From the NCBI GenBank assembly GCA_964016885.1, contig OZ024743.1, positions 88,412,001 through 88,476,000 of the forward strand: 64,000 nucleotides of DNA, written 5' to 3'. The notes below the pieces were generated by a model. It did not search any database and had not been told where the DNA came from. It saw only the letters and a program-made list of their open reading frames with translations. The stretch comes from Eledone cirrhosa (taxonomy: Eukaryota). The position numbers were made by a program, and so were the translations under genes. Shown in pieces: positions 26,068-37,485 of this stretch. The number at the start of each line of letters is the position of its first letter. Within the stretch, counting starts at the first letter, position 1.

Positions 26068-29000
26068 ATGAATGTAGGCACCTTAAAGGGTCGCTCTAAC
26101 GAGGTTGTAGAAATGCTTGAACGTAAGGAGGTCGATGTTTGTTGTATTCAAGAGACCAGGTGGAGGGGAGGGTCGGCTAGATTCATCGTGGGTAAAGAGC
26201 GATGCTATAAGCTTTTCTGGGTGGGAAATGACAATGGGTTGGGTGGGGTAGGAATCATGGTAGCAGAAAAGTGGGCAGATAAGATAATAGACGTAAATAG
26301 AGTGAACGACAGAATAATTAAAATAAGACTTGTCCTCAATAAAACTACGGTGACAGTAATATCTGCGTACGCACCCCAATCCGGACTGCCCCGCGCTATA
26401 AAAGACAGATTCTACGAGACACTGATGCTCGCTACCTCCCAAATAACCGACAGTGACTATATAGTTATTGCAGGCGACCTAAATGGTCACGTTGGACAAC
26501 ATTGTGACGGCTATGACGGAATCCATGGAGGCTATGGGTTCGGTACTAGAAATGAGGAAGGCTCCAGAATCCTGGAATTCTGCGACGCAAATAACTTAAC
26601 TATCTGTAACACTAACTTCAAAAAACGAGACAATCACTTGATCACCTATAGATCGGGGGAACACACAAGCCAGGTAGATTATATCCTTACCAGAAGACGT
26701 GACAGAGTGTCTGTTGTTAACACTAAATCCCACCCCCATGAAGAATTCACCTCCCAACATAGACTGATAATTAGCGACCTCATAGTCAGGACGAGACGTA
26801 CTAGACAGCGAAAGAGGACTATCCTCAGGAGAAAAATATGGAAGCTAAAGGACCCCATAGCCAGAAATAAATTTCAAAGCAAATTACTTGACGCTTTCGA
26901 CAGTAAGGAAGAGCAATTAGAGTCGTATAATATAGAGGAACAGTGGGAATTCCTGAGAGCAAACCTGCTGACGGCGGCAGACGAAGTCTGTGGCTGGAGC
27001 AGGCCTGTAGGTAGGAGGAGAGTAACATGGTGGTGGAACAGTAAGGTGGAGGAGTCAATTAAGGCCAAAAAGCAGGCTTGGAAAGTATGGCGGGATGGGG
27101 GAAGTAGAGAAGACTATCAAGTGGCCAGGAGGGAAGCTAGGAGACAAGTGTACTTCGCAAGAAGGGAAGCAGAGGAAAGAAAGTTCAAGCATGTTCTACA
27201 ACGTGAGGACCAAAAACGTGAGGTGTTCAGGATTGCCAGGCAATGTGTCAAGGAAAACCGTGATATTGTCGGGGAGAAGTGTGTACTTAACGATGATGGC
27301 ATACTTGCCATCACCGACGCTGATAAGAAGGTAGCTTGGAAGTGTCACTACGAAAGGCTTCTAAATGAGGAGAACAAATGGGAGAAAGACAGTCTCCCCC
27401 AGATCGATCCAATAGAGGGACCAGCAGTGTTAGTTGAAGGTAGTATAATAAGTAAGGCAATCAAAGATATGAAGACGGGTAAGGCGGCTGGGCCTTCGGA
27501 AATAGTTGCTGAGATGCTGAAGGCATCTGGTTCGGTGGGACACACCATGGTCACCCGGATAGTTAACCAAGTCGTACAGAATGGGGTTGTTCCGAAGGAA
27601 TGGCGTAGCAGCATCATCGTTAACTGCTATAAGGGAAAAGGAGATGCCCTAGATAGGAGTAACTATAGAGGCATTAAATTAATCGACCAGGTCATGAAGG
27701 TCACGGAAAAAGTAATAGCGCAACTAATCAGAGAGAGAATTGATCTAGATGAAATGCAGTTCGGGTTTGTGTCAGGCAAAAGTACCACAGACGCTCTTTT
27801 CATTGTACGACAACTACAGGAGAAGTACCTAGCTAAAAGTAAACCCCTATACTTAGCTTTTGTCGACTTGGAGAAAGCCTTCGACAGAGTCCCCCGTTCC
27901 ATTATCTGGTGGTCTCTTAGAAAACTAGGTGTTGACGAATGGCTTGTGAGAGCTATACAAGCCATGTATAAAGAAACAGTCAGTAAGGTTAGAATTAACA
28001 ACGAATATAGTGAAGAGTTTAGCGTAAAAGTTGGTGTCCATCAGGGCTCTGTACTTAGCCCCCTACTATTTATTATTGCCCTTCAGGCTATAACAGAGGA
28101 GTTCAAGACCGGCTGCCCATGGGAACTCCTATACGCAGATGATCTAACGCTCATAGCTGAATCAATGACCGAACTAGAGAAGAAATTCCAAACGTGGAAG
28201 CACGGCCTAGAATCAAAAGGCCTTAAAATTAACCTGGCTAAGACTAAAGTTCTAGTTTGTAGGAAAGAAAATAAGGCGGCGGTCCCATCGGGGAAATGGC
28301 CATGCTCAGTGTGTAGGAAAGGCGTAGGTAGAAACTCCATTTTATGTCCCAAATGCAAAGTATGGGTGCATAAAAGATGTAGTGGGATCACAGGTAAGCT
28401 AACTAAGAACATAGATTTTACATGTGGCCGGTGCTCTGGTGCAATAAGTAGCAGCAAGTGCCCACAAAATACTAGCTCCTTCAACTGCGCAGAGGGTTCT
28501 ATAGAAATAGTGGACAGCTTCCGTTATCTGGGTGACAAAATCAGCAGTGGGGGAGGGTGCTCTGAAAGTACAGTAGCTAGAGTCAGAACTGGATGGAAAA
28601 AGTTCAGAGAGCTTATACCACTATTAGCCGCTAGAGGGTTCTCCCTAAAAATGAAAGGCAGGTTATACGATGCCTGCATACGAACAGCAATGCTGCATGG
28701 CAGTGAGACCTGGGCATTGTGTGCAGAGGATATACGCAGACTAGAGAGGAACGAAGCTTGCATGCTCCGCTGGATGTGCAATAGTAATATACGTGAACGG
28801 CAAAGCATAAACGAACTAAGGAAAAAATTAGAAATAAGAGGGATCAGATGTTGTTTACTCGAGAGAAGGCTACGTTGGTACGGTCACGTGATGCGCATGA
28901 AAGACGACAGCTGTATAACAAAGTGCAGGGCAATAAAGATAGACGGTAGCCACGGAGTAGGCAGACCCAGAAAAACATGGGACGAGCTGATAAATTCCGA

Positions 29001-29088
29001 CCTCACACGCTTACACCTCTCCAAGACAATGTCACTGGACCGAGACCTTTGGCGGTACTCAGTAATAGAGAAGACCCGCCTTACCTAA
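26068..29088 (+). CDS. RTE LINE polyprotein: APE endonuclease, reverse transcriptase and PHD-like zinc finger
   Basis: APE motifs (T)MNVGTL, CIQETRW, ISAYAPQ, AGDLNGH, QVDYIL and SQHRLI. RT motifs KGKGD…NYRGIKL, QFGF, FVDLEKAFD, GVHQGSVLSPLLF, LYADD, GLKINLAKTKV and FRYLG. RTE C-terminus RRLRWYGHVMR…GRPRKTW. Confidence 0.97.
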   Translation: MNVGTLKGRSNEVVEMLERKEVDVCCIQETRWRGGSARFIVGKERCYKLFWVGNDNGLGGVGIMVAEKWADKIIDVNRVNDRIIKIRLVLNKTTVTVISAYAPQSGLPRAIKDRFYETLMLATSQITDSDYIVIAGDLNGHVGQHCDGYDGIHGGYGFGTRNEEGSRILEFCDANNLTICNTNFKKRDNHLITYRSGEHTSQVDYILTRRRDRVSVVNTKSHPHEEFTSQHRLIISDLIVRTRRTRQRKRTILRRKIWKLKDPIARNKFQSKLLDAFDSKEEQLESYNIEEQWEFLRANLLTAADEVCGWSRPVGRRRVTWWWNSKVEESIKAKKQAWKVWRDGGSREDYQVARREARRQVYFARREAEERKFKHVLQREDQKREVFRIARQCVKENRDIVGEKCVLNDDGILAITDADKKVAWKCHYERLLNEENKWEKDSLPQIDPIEGPAVLVEGSIISKAIKDMKTGKAAGPSEIVAEMLKASGSVGHTMVTRIVNQVVQNGVVPKEWRSSIIVNCYKGKGDALDRSNYRGIKLIDQVMKVTEKVIAQLIRERIDLDEMQFGFVSGKSTTDALFIVRQLQEKYLAKSKPLYLAFVDLEKAFDRVPRSIIWWSLRKLGVDEWLVRAIQAMYKETVSKVRINNEYSEEFSVKVGVHQGSVLSPLLFIIALQAITEEFKTGCPWELLYADDLTLIAESMTELEKKFQTWKHGLESKGLKINLAKTKVLVCRKENKAAVPSGKWPCSVCRKGVGRNSILCPKCKVWVHKRCSGITGKLTKNIDFTCGRCSGAISSSKCPQNTSSFNCAEGSIEIVDSFRYLGDKISSGGGCSESTVARVRTGWKKFRELIPLLAARGFSLKMKGRLYDACIRTAMLHGSETWALCAEDIRRLERNEACMLRWMCNSNIRERQSINELRKKLEIRGIRCCLLERRLRWYGHVMRMKDDSCITKCRAIKIDGSHGVGRPRKTWDELINSDLTRLHLSKTMSLDRDLWRYSVIEKTRLT

Positions 29089-29256
29089 ATACAAAGTAAA
29101 AACCTACTACAGTCAGTAGGCACCTCTATCAAAACACACCCCCGTCCCACCACCTCCACCCCACCCACACCGCCCCTTTCAATGTAAAGTTATGTTGGTC
29201 CCACAACATCCAGGCCGAAACAAATGAGATTGTGTAGGTGTCACGACAAAAAACAC

Positions 29257-29488
29257 ACAGTCCACGCTGTAAATGTGGCCGTGTAGGCAACACGGTAAAA
29301 ACCTCCCAGCCCCACACTGTAAATGTGGTTGGTGTTAGGAAGGGCATCCAGCTGTAGAAAACCCGCCAGACAGTCCACGCTGTAATGTGGCCGTGTAGGC
29401 AACACGGTAAAAACCTCCCAGCCCCACACTGTAAATGTGGTTGGTGTTAGGAAGGGCATCCAACTGTAGAAAACCCGCCAGACAGTCC
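29257..29488 (+). repeat. ~113 bp tandem duplication within the LINE 3' UTR
   Basis: Units start at 29257 and 29370, are nearly identical, and are bounded by ACAGTCC microhomology. The sister copy at ~34098-34215 has a single unit. Confidence 0.9.
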
Positions 29489-30464
29489 TATGCGAGCAAG
29501 ACAACCACTCTTGCCTCAAGTGGGAAAACCCCCGTCCAAACCCATGCAAGCGTGGAACACGGACGCTAAACCTGATGATGATGATGATGATGATGATCTA
29601 TGAGGTGACATGGCTAAAGAAGAAATGGATGATATGTTATCTCAAACTATGGACAGCAATAATGAAGATGATCCTTACGAAGATATCATTCATCCTGGGG
29701 ATTATAAGAGTTATTCTGTGCTGAAAATGATAACGAGTGTGATTTTAATGAACATTGATGTTTGAAATGTTAAAATTGTACCATGTACATTCATTTGGGT
29801 CTCAAATAACCCCTCCCCCCCCAACCGGACTTATTAAATTTTGCTAATCTATCTCCGGCGAAATTTTATTTTAAATGGTAATTAATTTTCTTTAGACATT
29901 TAAAAATATTATACATGATAAAAAAAGAACATTACAAGAAATCTCATACGTTATAAAATAAATAGGATGAGTTGGGGTCTCAATATGTAAACTAAATGAC
30001 TAATTCTGGTTTGTAAAAAAAACCAAGGGAGATAACCTAGAAAAATTACCGATTTCACCTTCCCCCGCTTATTCCACCCCCATCCCCTATTATTTGGGTA
30101 CTTATAATTTAAATCTCTATTAGATTTCTTCGTTTTTTTGTATGCATAAATAAAAGCTAATTCATTTTTGTTTTATTGTCATTTCTTATTTTGATGTTTT
30201 TTTAATATTTTATGGCTTTAAGCTGCATTAAATTTATTAAAAGAATTTGTTAAAGAAAATGAGAGTTCTTAATCCAACCACGAAGAAGAAGAAAACGTTT
30301 TTGGTGGAGATTGTTGTTGGCACAGAGAATGGTGTTGTGTTTCTACATCTTTTATCAATTTTGGTATTTAATAGCTTAAACTTTTTCATACCAACCTGCC
30401 TGAAACTGCCTCTAGCTTTATGATATAAATCTGTTCTTTTTATAGTGTTCATGTTCCCGTAATT

Positions 30465-30743
30465 GGTGCAGCTAGTCGTTGGGGTGCCACTCTAGATGTG
30501 CCACTGCTGCAGCCAATCGTTGGGGTGGGACTCTAGATGTGCCACTGGTACAGCCAGTCATTGAGGTGGGACTCTAAATGTGCCACTGGTACAGCCAGTC
30601 ATTGAGGTGGGACTCTAGATGTGCCACTGGTACAGCCAGTCATTCGAGTGCCATTCAAGATGTGCCACTGGTACAGCCAGTCATTGGAGTGGCACTCTAG
30701 ATGTTCCACTGGTAAAGCAAGTCGTTGAGGTGCCACTCTAGAT
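30465..30743. repeat. Minisatellite, 41 bp unit, ~6.7 copies
   Basis: GGTACAGCCAGTCATTGAGGTGGGACTCTAGATGTGCCACT repeated head-to-tail. Confidence 0.9.
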
Positions 30744-31456
30744 GCTTTCATAGACAGTTGTCTTTATTCTCTGTCATGCGTAGAAGGGTCTCAGATTTGT
30801 AACCAGTCCAGTCTTTGATGTTGTCAGACCAGGATGTTCTTTATCTCTCTTTTCTTCACCCTCCCTCAACTGTGCCCTGAAGGATAGTTTTGGACAAAGA
30901 GTTGTGGTGGGATATAAGACCATGTCAGCTCTTCCCACCCAATGGGGATATTTGCTTTAGCCTTTGGGGTGGGTGAGAGATGTCTTCTCTTGTGAAAATG
31001 GGTATAGTTTTCATTATGTAAAATCTCTCCATTTTGCCTCATTTCGTTCCATTTGGGGGCACTTTTTGTCACGGTACTCCCCGTTTGGGTTTGTAGAGAT
31101 TGGCGGTCTGCCATTATATTTGTTAACTTGCTGCCTGACAAAGTTGTTTGTTTTGTGCACCATGTGTGGTATATGTAGCATCTTTCTGAAGTGTTCATAC
31201 TTTTCTTAAAACCTTTCATTATAATTTCCCGCCAAGGTTAACTTTGCCTTTCATCCTTACGGGGTCGATAAAATAAATTACCAGTAATACACTGGGTAAT
31301 TGCTGGCCTTGTGCCTAACGTAGAAACAATTATAATTATATGTAGAAATACTTTATAAATAATACTCTGAACATGAGCTTAATAACAAAAAAGTAGATTA
31401 TTTTATTAGTTAGATTCCTTCAAATTCTTGATTATTTTCAAAATTAATTGAAACAT

Positions 31457-31881
31457 TGGGTAATAACCGAAAGAATACGATTGTGACTACAAGCAGGCAA
31501 AATGGGGTTCCTCTGAAGGGTCTATGGAGTAACATTGCTTGATAGAATGCGTAGCTCGAAGATCAAAGAGTCGCTCCAGGTAGAGCCACTACTTCTACAA
31601 ATTGAAAGATCATAGCTGCGATACTAACAGGCATGTTGGTTAGAATGTCTCAGGAAAGAATGGTTGGACAGATTTTATGAGCAAAACCAACCAGCAGGAG
31701 ACCCAAGGGTAGGCCCTGAGCAAGATGTTTGGATAACATCCATGAGCTCAGCTGGTCTCGCTTGGGGATCCAGCCGGATCAGTTGAAAATGGTTGCTTCT
31801 GACAGGACCTGCTGGGAGGAGTGTTTGAGGACTCTGCTCCTGCAACTCTTTGAGGAATAAGTTGATGAAGATGAAGGGAAG
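31457..31881 (+). mobile_element. 5'-truncated Rex3/Expander-like RTE insertion with TSD, inside a piggyBac-like MITE
   Basis: Homologous to 107-540. 11 bp TSD AATTGAAACAT at 31446-31456 and 31882-31892. The host MITE ends ATGAAAGGG|TTAA at ~31931. Confidence 0.85.
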
Positions 31882-32699
31882 AATTGAAACATATAGGAAG
31901 TGTTTTCATTAGAAATATGGTCATGAAAGGGTTAAGTTGGATTGAATTAATTAAAAATATAAATACCACACTAATATACCAACCCTATGGTGTGAGGAAC
32001 AATAACCACAAGTATGAAAATAATGTAGTTGGAGAGTTGTAATGTGAAACATAACAACAGAAGATATCAGTTATATGCATAGTATTACAGTATGTTATCG
32101 GTTATATACAATAATTATGAGATGTAAATTTATTTTGTTAAGCTATCTATTTAATGTGACAGATACAAGTAAAGGAGCAAGTGTAAATATTTATAAGAGC
32201 CATGTAGTCATACTTATAGCTGTCGTTATGTAGTAGGATACGGTATATTTACTGTAATTCATTGATTCCTTTTATTCATTTAGAGATCATTTGGACTTCT
32301 ACGATTGATACAGCATTTTGGCTTCTAAGGTGAATTTCAGTCCCTAAAACATAGTATTCATATAATAGTTGACCCCATAAACTTAACCTTAAAAAATGTT
32401 CAAAAGATTTGAGTTTTACATGAGTATATAGTGTAAAATGATTATATATATATATGATTGTTATACTATGTGATAATTCTCCCTCCTAAAAATTCCTCAC
32501 TGGTAGTGGTCAATTCAGGAATTCGTCCTTTCATTGAGGGGGTCCCTTCATAAGCCGATAGCCTCAGGGCCCTGGTGCTCTTTGGCTGCATACCAATCTA
32601 TCAAACTGTACAGTCAGGACTTTGAAGAAAAAATTAGGCATACTTTGTCTATTTGCTCTTTACATTCATTTATAATTGTTATATATATATATATATATA

Positions 32700-34315
32700 T
32701 AGCCTTTGACAGAGTCCCACGCCCCATTATCTGGTGGGCTCTCAGAAAACTAGGTGTTGATGAATGGCTTGTGAGAGCTATACAAGCCATGTATAAAGAA
32801 ACAGTCAGCAAGGTTAGAATTAACAACGAATATAGTGAAGAGTTTAGCGTAAAAGTTGGTATTCATCAGGGCTCCGTCCTTAGCCCCCTCCTATTTATTA
32901 TCACCCTCCAAGCTATAACGGAGGAGTTCCCGGCTGCCCATGGGAACTTCTATACACAGATGATCTAAGGCTCATAGCCGAATCAATGGCTGAACTAGAG
33001 AAGAAATTCCAAACATGGAAGCATGGCCTAGAATCAAAAGGCCTTAAAATTAACTTGTCTAAGACTAAAGTTCTATGTAGGAAGGAGAATAGGGCACTGG
33101 TCCCATCTGGGAAATGGCCATGCTCAGTGTGTAGGAAAGGAGTAGGCAGAAACTCCATTTTATGTCCCAAATGCAAAGTATGGGTGCATAAAAGATGTAG
33201 TGGGATCACAGGTAAGCTAACTAAGAATATAGATTTTATATGTGGCCAGTGCTCTGGTGCAATAAGTAGCAGAATACTAGTTCATTCCATTGCCCACAGA
33301 ATACTAGTTCATTCCATTGCCCAGATGGTTCTATAGAAATAGTGGACACCTTCCGTTACCTGGGTGACAAAATCAGCAGTGGTGGAGGGTGCTCCGAAAG
33401 TACTGTAGCTAAAGTCAGAATGGGATGGAAAAAGTTCAGAGAGCTTATACCACTATTGGCCACTAAGGGTTTCTCTCTAAAAATGAAAGGCAGGCTGTAT
33501 GATGCCTGCATACGAACAGCAATGTTACATGGCAGTGAGACCTGGGCATTGTGTGCAGAGGATCTACGCAGACTGGAGAGGAACGAAGCTTGCATGCTCC
33601 ATTGGATATGTAATAGTAATATACGCGAACAGCAAAGCATAAATGAACTAAGTGAGAAATTAGGAATAAGAGAGATCAGATGCTGTTTACTCGAGAGAAG
33701 ACTACGTTGGTATGGTCATGTGATGCGCATGAAAGACGACGGGTGTATAAAAAAGTGCAGGGCGATCAAAATAGACGGTAGCTACGGAGTAGGCAGACCC
33801 AGAAAAACCTGGGATGATTTGATAAATTCCGACCTCACACACTTACACCTCTACAAGACAATGTCACTGGACCGAGATCTTTGGCACTACGCAGTAATAC
33901 AGAAGACCCGTCTTGCCTAAGTACAAAGCGAAACCTAGTCAGTAGGCACTTCTTAACCAAAATACACCCCCGTCCCACTACCCCTATCCCCACCGCCATT
34001 TACACCACCCCTTTCGATGTAAAGCTGTGTTGGTACCACAACATTCAGTCCTAAATAAATGAGGTCGTGTAGGTGTCATGACAAAAAAAAAAAACACACA
34101 GTCCACGCTGTAATGTGGCCGTGTAGGTAACATGGTAAAAACCTCCCAGTCCACACTGTAAACGTGGTTGGTGTTAGGAAGGGCATCCAGCCGTAGAAAA
34201 CCCACCAGACAGTCCCGAGCAAGACATCCAATCTTGCCTCAAGTGGGACAATTCCCATCCAGACTCATGCTAGCATGGAAGATGGACGTTAAACGACGAT
34301 GATGATGATGATGAT
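32700..34315 (+). mobile_element. 5'-truncated RTE LINE (subfamily A), frameshifted
   Basis: Close similarity to 27877-29597 (ORF pieces 32534-32968, 32986-33336, 33342-33920), long 3' UTR and (GAT)n tail. The 5' end abuts (TA)n. Small tandem duplication at ~33271-33325. Confidence 0.95.
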
Positions 34316-34645
34316 AGCGGTTAGAGTGTCGGATTTACACTCATGAGGTTGTGAGTTCAGTTCTCAGACTGGGCTTTGCATTGTGTTCTTGAGCAAAACT
34401 CTTTATTTCACATTGCTCCAGTTCATTCAGCTGTAGAAATGAGTTGTGATGTCACTGGTGCCAAGCTGTATTGATCGTTGCCTTTCCTTTGGACAACATT
34501 ACGGAGAGGAGAGGTTGGTATGCATGAGCGACTGCTGGGCTTCCACAAACAGCCATGCTTGGACTTGTGCTTTGGAGGGGGACTTTTTAGGTACAAATCC
34601 CATGGTCATTCACAACCGAAGGGGGTCTTTACCCTTACCCTTTAT
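34316..34645 (+). mobile_element. tRNA-headed SINE (S2)
   Basis: tRNA-like head (GGTTAGAGTG…GTGAGTTCAGTTCTC), TGTGTTCTTGAGCAAAACTCTTTATTTCAC, and a 3' end …GGGGGTCTTTACCCTTACCCTTTA. Confidence 0.65.
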
Positions 34646-35604
34646 ATATATGTAATCATTTTATGTTTGTTTTCTATGATAGCATGGGGTGGACAGTTGC
34701 CACTATCAGAGACTAGATGCATTGAGGAACCTCGTCTTGCTCTTACGTTCCACTTTAGCATGGTTTCTATAACTTGATATTCTTCCTAATGCTAACTACT
34801 TTACCAAATGTTTTGAGTGCACTTTCTTGTGGCCCCAGCACTAGAACTTATAGAATCATCATCATCATTGTCATTTTAATCCTGCTAGCAAGGGTTGGAC
34901 AGGTCTACACAGATAGAGTCAGTACTGAAGCAGAGCCACTGATCTCCCAGGCAGGCCAGGGATTTGTGTCTCGCTTTATGTATGGCCGATGCTTCACCGA
35001 GTACACAGGAGAGGTTGTCATGTCTTTGACACAACTAAGGGTCCTTCTAAGCCTTTTGTTTGGCAAGATTTATATGGCTGGATGCCCTTCCTATCACCAA
35101 CCACTTTACAGCATGTACTGGGTGCATTTGCTGTGTAAATCACCAACACTAAGAAGGCTGTCACATCCTTGACATGCCTGAAGGGACCTCCCGGATGCAT
35201 ATATATAATCAAGATCTCGGGCTGATCATCTTCAAAACATGTATTATGTTCAAAAATGAAAATACTTTTAATTGAAACTTCATTCTCTAGCACATAATAT
35301 ATATGATATATATATACTATATTATGGTATAATACATATTTAATATGTATGATGATCATGTTTCTCAATAAATAAGCTCAATAAGTTGGTTCAGAGCATC
35401 AATTATTTAAATTTGCCAAGATATATGTATATATATATATATACAGAGAGAACGGGCAGGGCAGCAAATTGGCCGAGTTATTAGAATGTTGGAGAGAGAA
35501 CTTTGCAATATTTATTTCGGATTTCTGTTCTCTAAGTTCAAATCCAGCCATGGTCAACTTTGCCTTACATCCATTCAAGGTCAATAAAAAAAGAAATCTG
35601 CTGT

Positions 35605-36282
35605 ATTTAGATGTGGAGAAGGGGATGGGCTCTGGATAGCAGGCAAACTAACAGGAAAGGAAAACTTCATATGTAGTAGATGTTCAGGAAAAATTGATAG
35701 TAGAAGTGTCAATAGCCACATTTTCCAAATGTAGGTAGGATAGGTGATCAAATTAGCAAGGGAGGAGGATGCTCCGAGGCCATAGTATTTAGAATAAGGT
35801 TAGGATAGAAGTTTAGGGAGCTGCTTCTTCTGATGAAATTGACAATTAAGGGTTTCTCCCTGCGAACAAAAAGTTAGTTGTATGATGGCTGTGTGAGATG
35901 CGCGATGCTGCATGATAGTGAGACATGGGCAGCAACTGCGGGGAATATGCAAAGGCTGGAGAGAAATGAAGCAAGCATGCTCTGATGGTTGTGCAATGTC
36001 AATGTGTGTGAACAACCAAGCATGGAACCTGTGTATAAGAGGAATAAACTGTAGTGTGCAGGAGAGAAGACTATGTTGGTATGGCCATGTGATGCGCTTG
36101 GATGATGACCACTGGGTGAAGAAGTGCCAAATAATCCCAGTGGAAGGAAGATACAGTAGAAGAAGACCACGGAAAACATGGGCGGAGGTGGTGAAGCTCA
36201 CAGAGGAGATGACAAAGGACCATGAGAAATGGAGAGATAATGTGCTTGCAAGCAGGAAAAAGCAGGCGTAAAATGATGATGA
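35605..36282 (+). mobile_element. Decayed RTE subfamily B 3' fragment
   Basis: Homologous to 14370-15100 (QERRLCWYGHVMR…RPRKTW), with a (GAT)n tail running into (TA)n. Confidence 0.85.
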
Positions 36283-36759
36283 TATATATATATATATATA
36301 CATTATAAACTAAGATTGTCAATTACCTAAACCAGAACATGGACTAATCTACACCAACCAGAATATATCCATGAATTCAAGCAAGCATTAAACCATAATC
36401 CTACAATCACCACCCACTAGACACATACTGCACCAGTCATAAATTAAAATTCAAAAACATCCTTGAAAACCATACTCCAGTCCTGCCAGTTAAAACAACC
36501 AATTGTACACATTTGTGTTTGTCATCACTTATACAAAACATTGAGGTTTGTTCTGTGACTCAGGGGTTTGATGTGCAAAAATGAGTATCATACTTAAAAA
36601 TAAGCAACGATTGGTGTCAGGAAAAGCATCCCGGATGTAGCATGCTACCTCAGAAAAGTATCGTTTACCCCAGAGATGGGGAATGGGGAATCTGCAGCTT
36701 TTTGAAAGAATCAAAAATTTCCAACAAGTTTTTAATTTTTATTATGTTTTTGTCTAGTG

Positions 36760-37160
36760 AATTGGCAGTATCGGTAGAGGGTCGGACGCCATGCTTTGAC
36801 GCATAGAGTTACGGCCCTTGCCATTCTGAGTTCAAATCCCGCCGAGGTTAACTTTGCCTTTCATCCTTACGGTAATTGCTGGCCTTGTGCCAATAGTAGA
36901 AACAATTATTTAAATCCAAACCATAAGATGAACATAATTTAAATACAAAAGTGTAAAAGAAAATTGTACGAAATAATCCACACTGACAGACAGCCAGAAT
37001 TTAAGAAATAGTAGATCATATATAATTATTGTTTCTAAATTTGGCCGTCCGAAGGGGAGCAATTTGAAGGGAAAGGGAAAGTCAACTAAATCGACCCCGT
37101 GCGTTACTAGTACTTTATTTTATAGACCCCGTAAGGATGAAAGGCAAAGCTAATCTCGGT
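36760..37160. mobile_element. Two S1 SINE copies in opposite orientation (~36760-36910 +, ~37025-37160 -)
   Basis: TGGCAGTATCGGTAGAG (A box)…GAGTTCAAATCCC (B box)…AACTTTGCCTTTCATCCTTACGG. Confidence 0.8.
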
Positions 37161-37360
37161 TTCTAAGCATGGAAAAACTGAACGTAAAATCGATATTAGT
37201 AATAAAACTAAAATAACGAAATGTCAAAACAATAACAACTATAAATAGATTTCAGAGAGAGAGAAATGAGAAATATATATATATCAGGATGGATTAATTT
37301 TGAAACTGGTTAGATCATTACTCACCAGAGTACTCGATACTTGGGGTCGTAGCATATGGT

Positions 37361-37475
37361 TATATTATAAAGAGTCGGGACCCCCATGGCTGAGCTCTTG
37401 CCGTTTCAATAGCTAGTTCCAGACCGGAACTAGCTGTTGAAACGGCAAGAGCTCAGCCATAGGGATCCCGACCCT

Positions 37476-37485
<10 letters not shown>
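37361..37485. repeat. Hairpin palindrome, 60 bp arms, 5 nt loop
   Basis: 37361-37420 pairs with 37426-37485 with 4 transition mismatches. The right arm ends in (TA)n. Confidence 0.95.

Larger units (their letters stand above)
25900..29597 (+). mobile_element. RTE-clade LINE with intact ORF (subfamily A); 5' boundary approximate
   Basis: Uninterrupted 1006 aa ORF, ~490 nt 3' UTR and a (GAT)n tail at ~29574-29597. No convincing TSD found. Confidence 0.93.

Noticed and set aside
26083-28808. Multiple antisense ORFs over the LINE copies
   Set aside because: Shadow ORFs of the RTE coding strand with no independent motifs.
36762-36850. tRNA genes suggested by A/B boxes
   Set aside because: These are SINE heads: no cloverleaf, and always followed by the SINE core.
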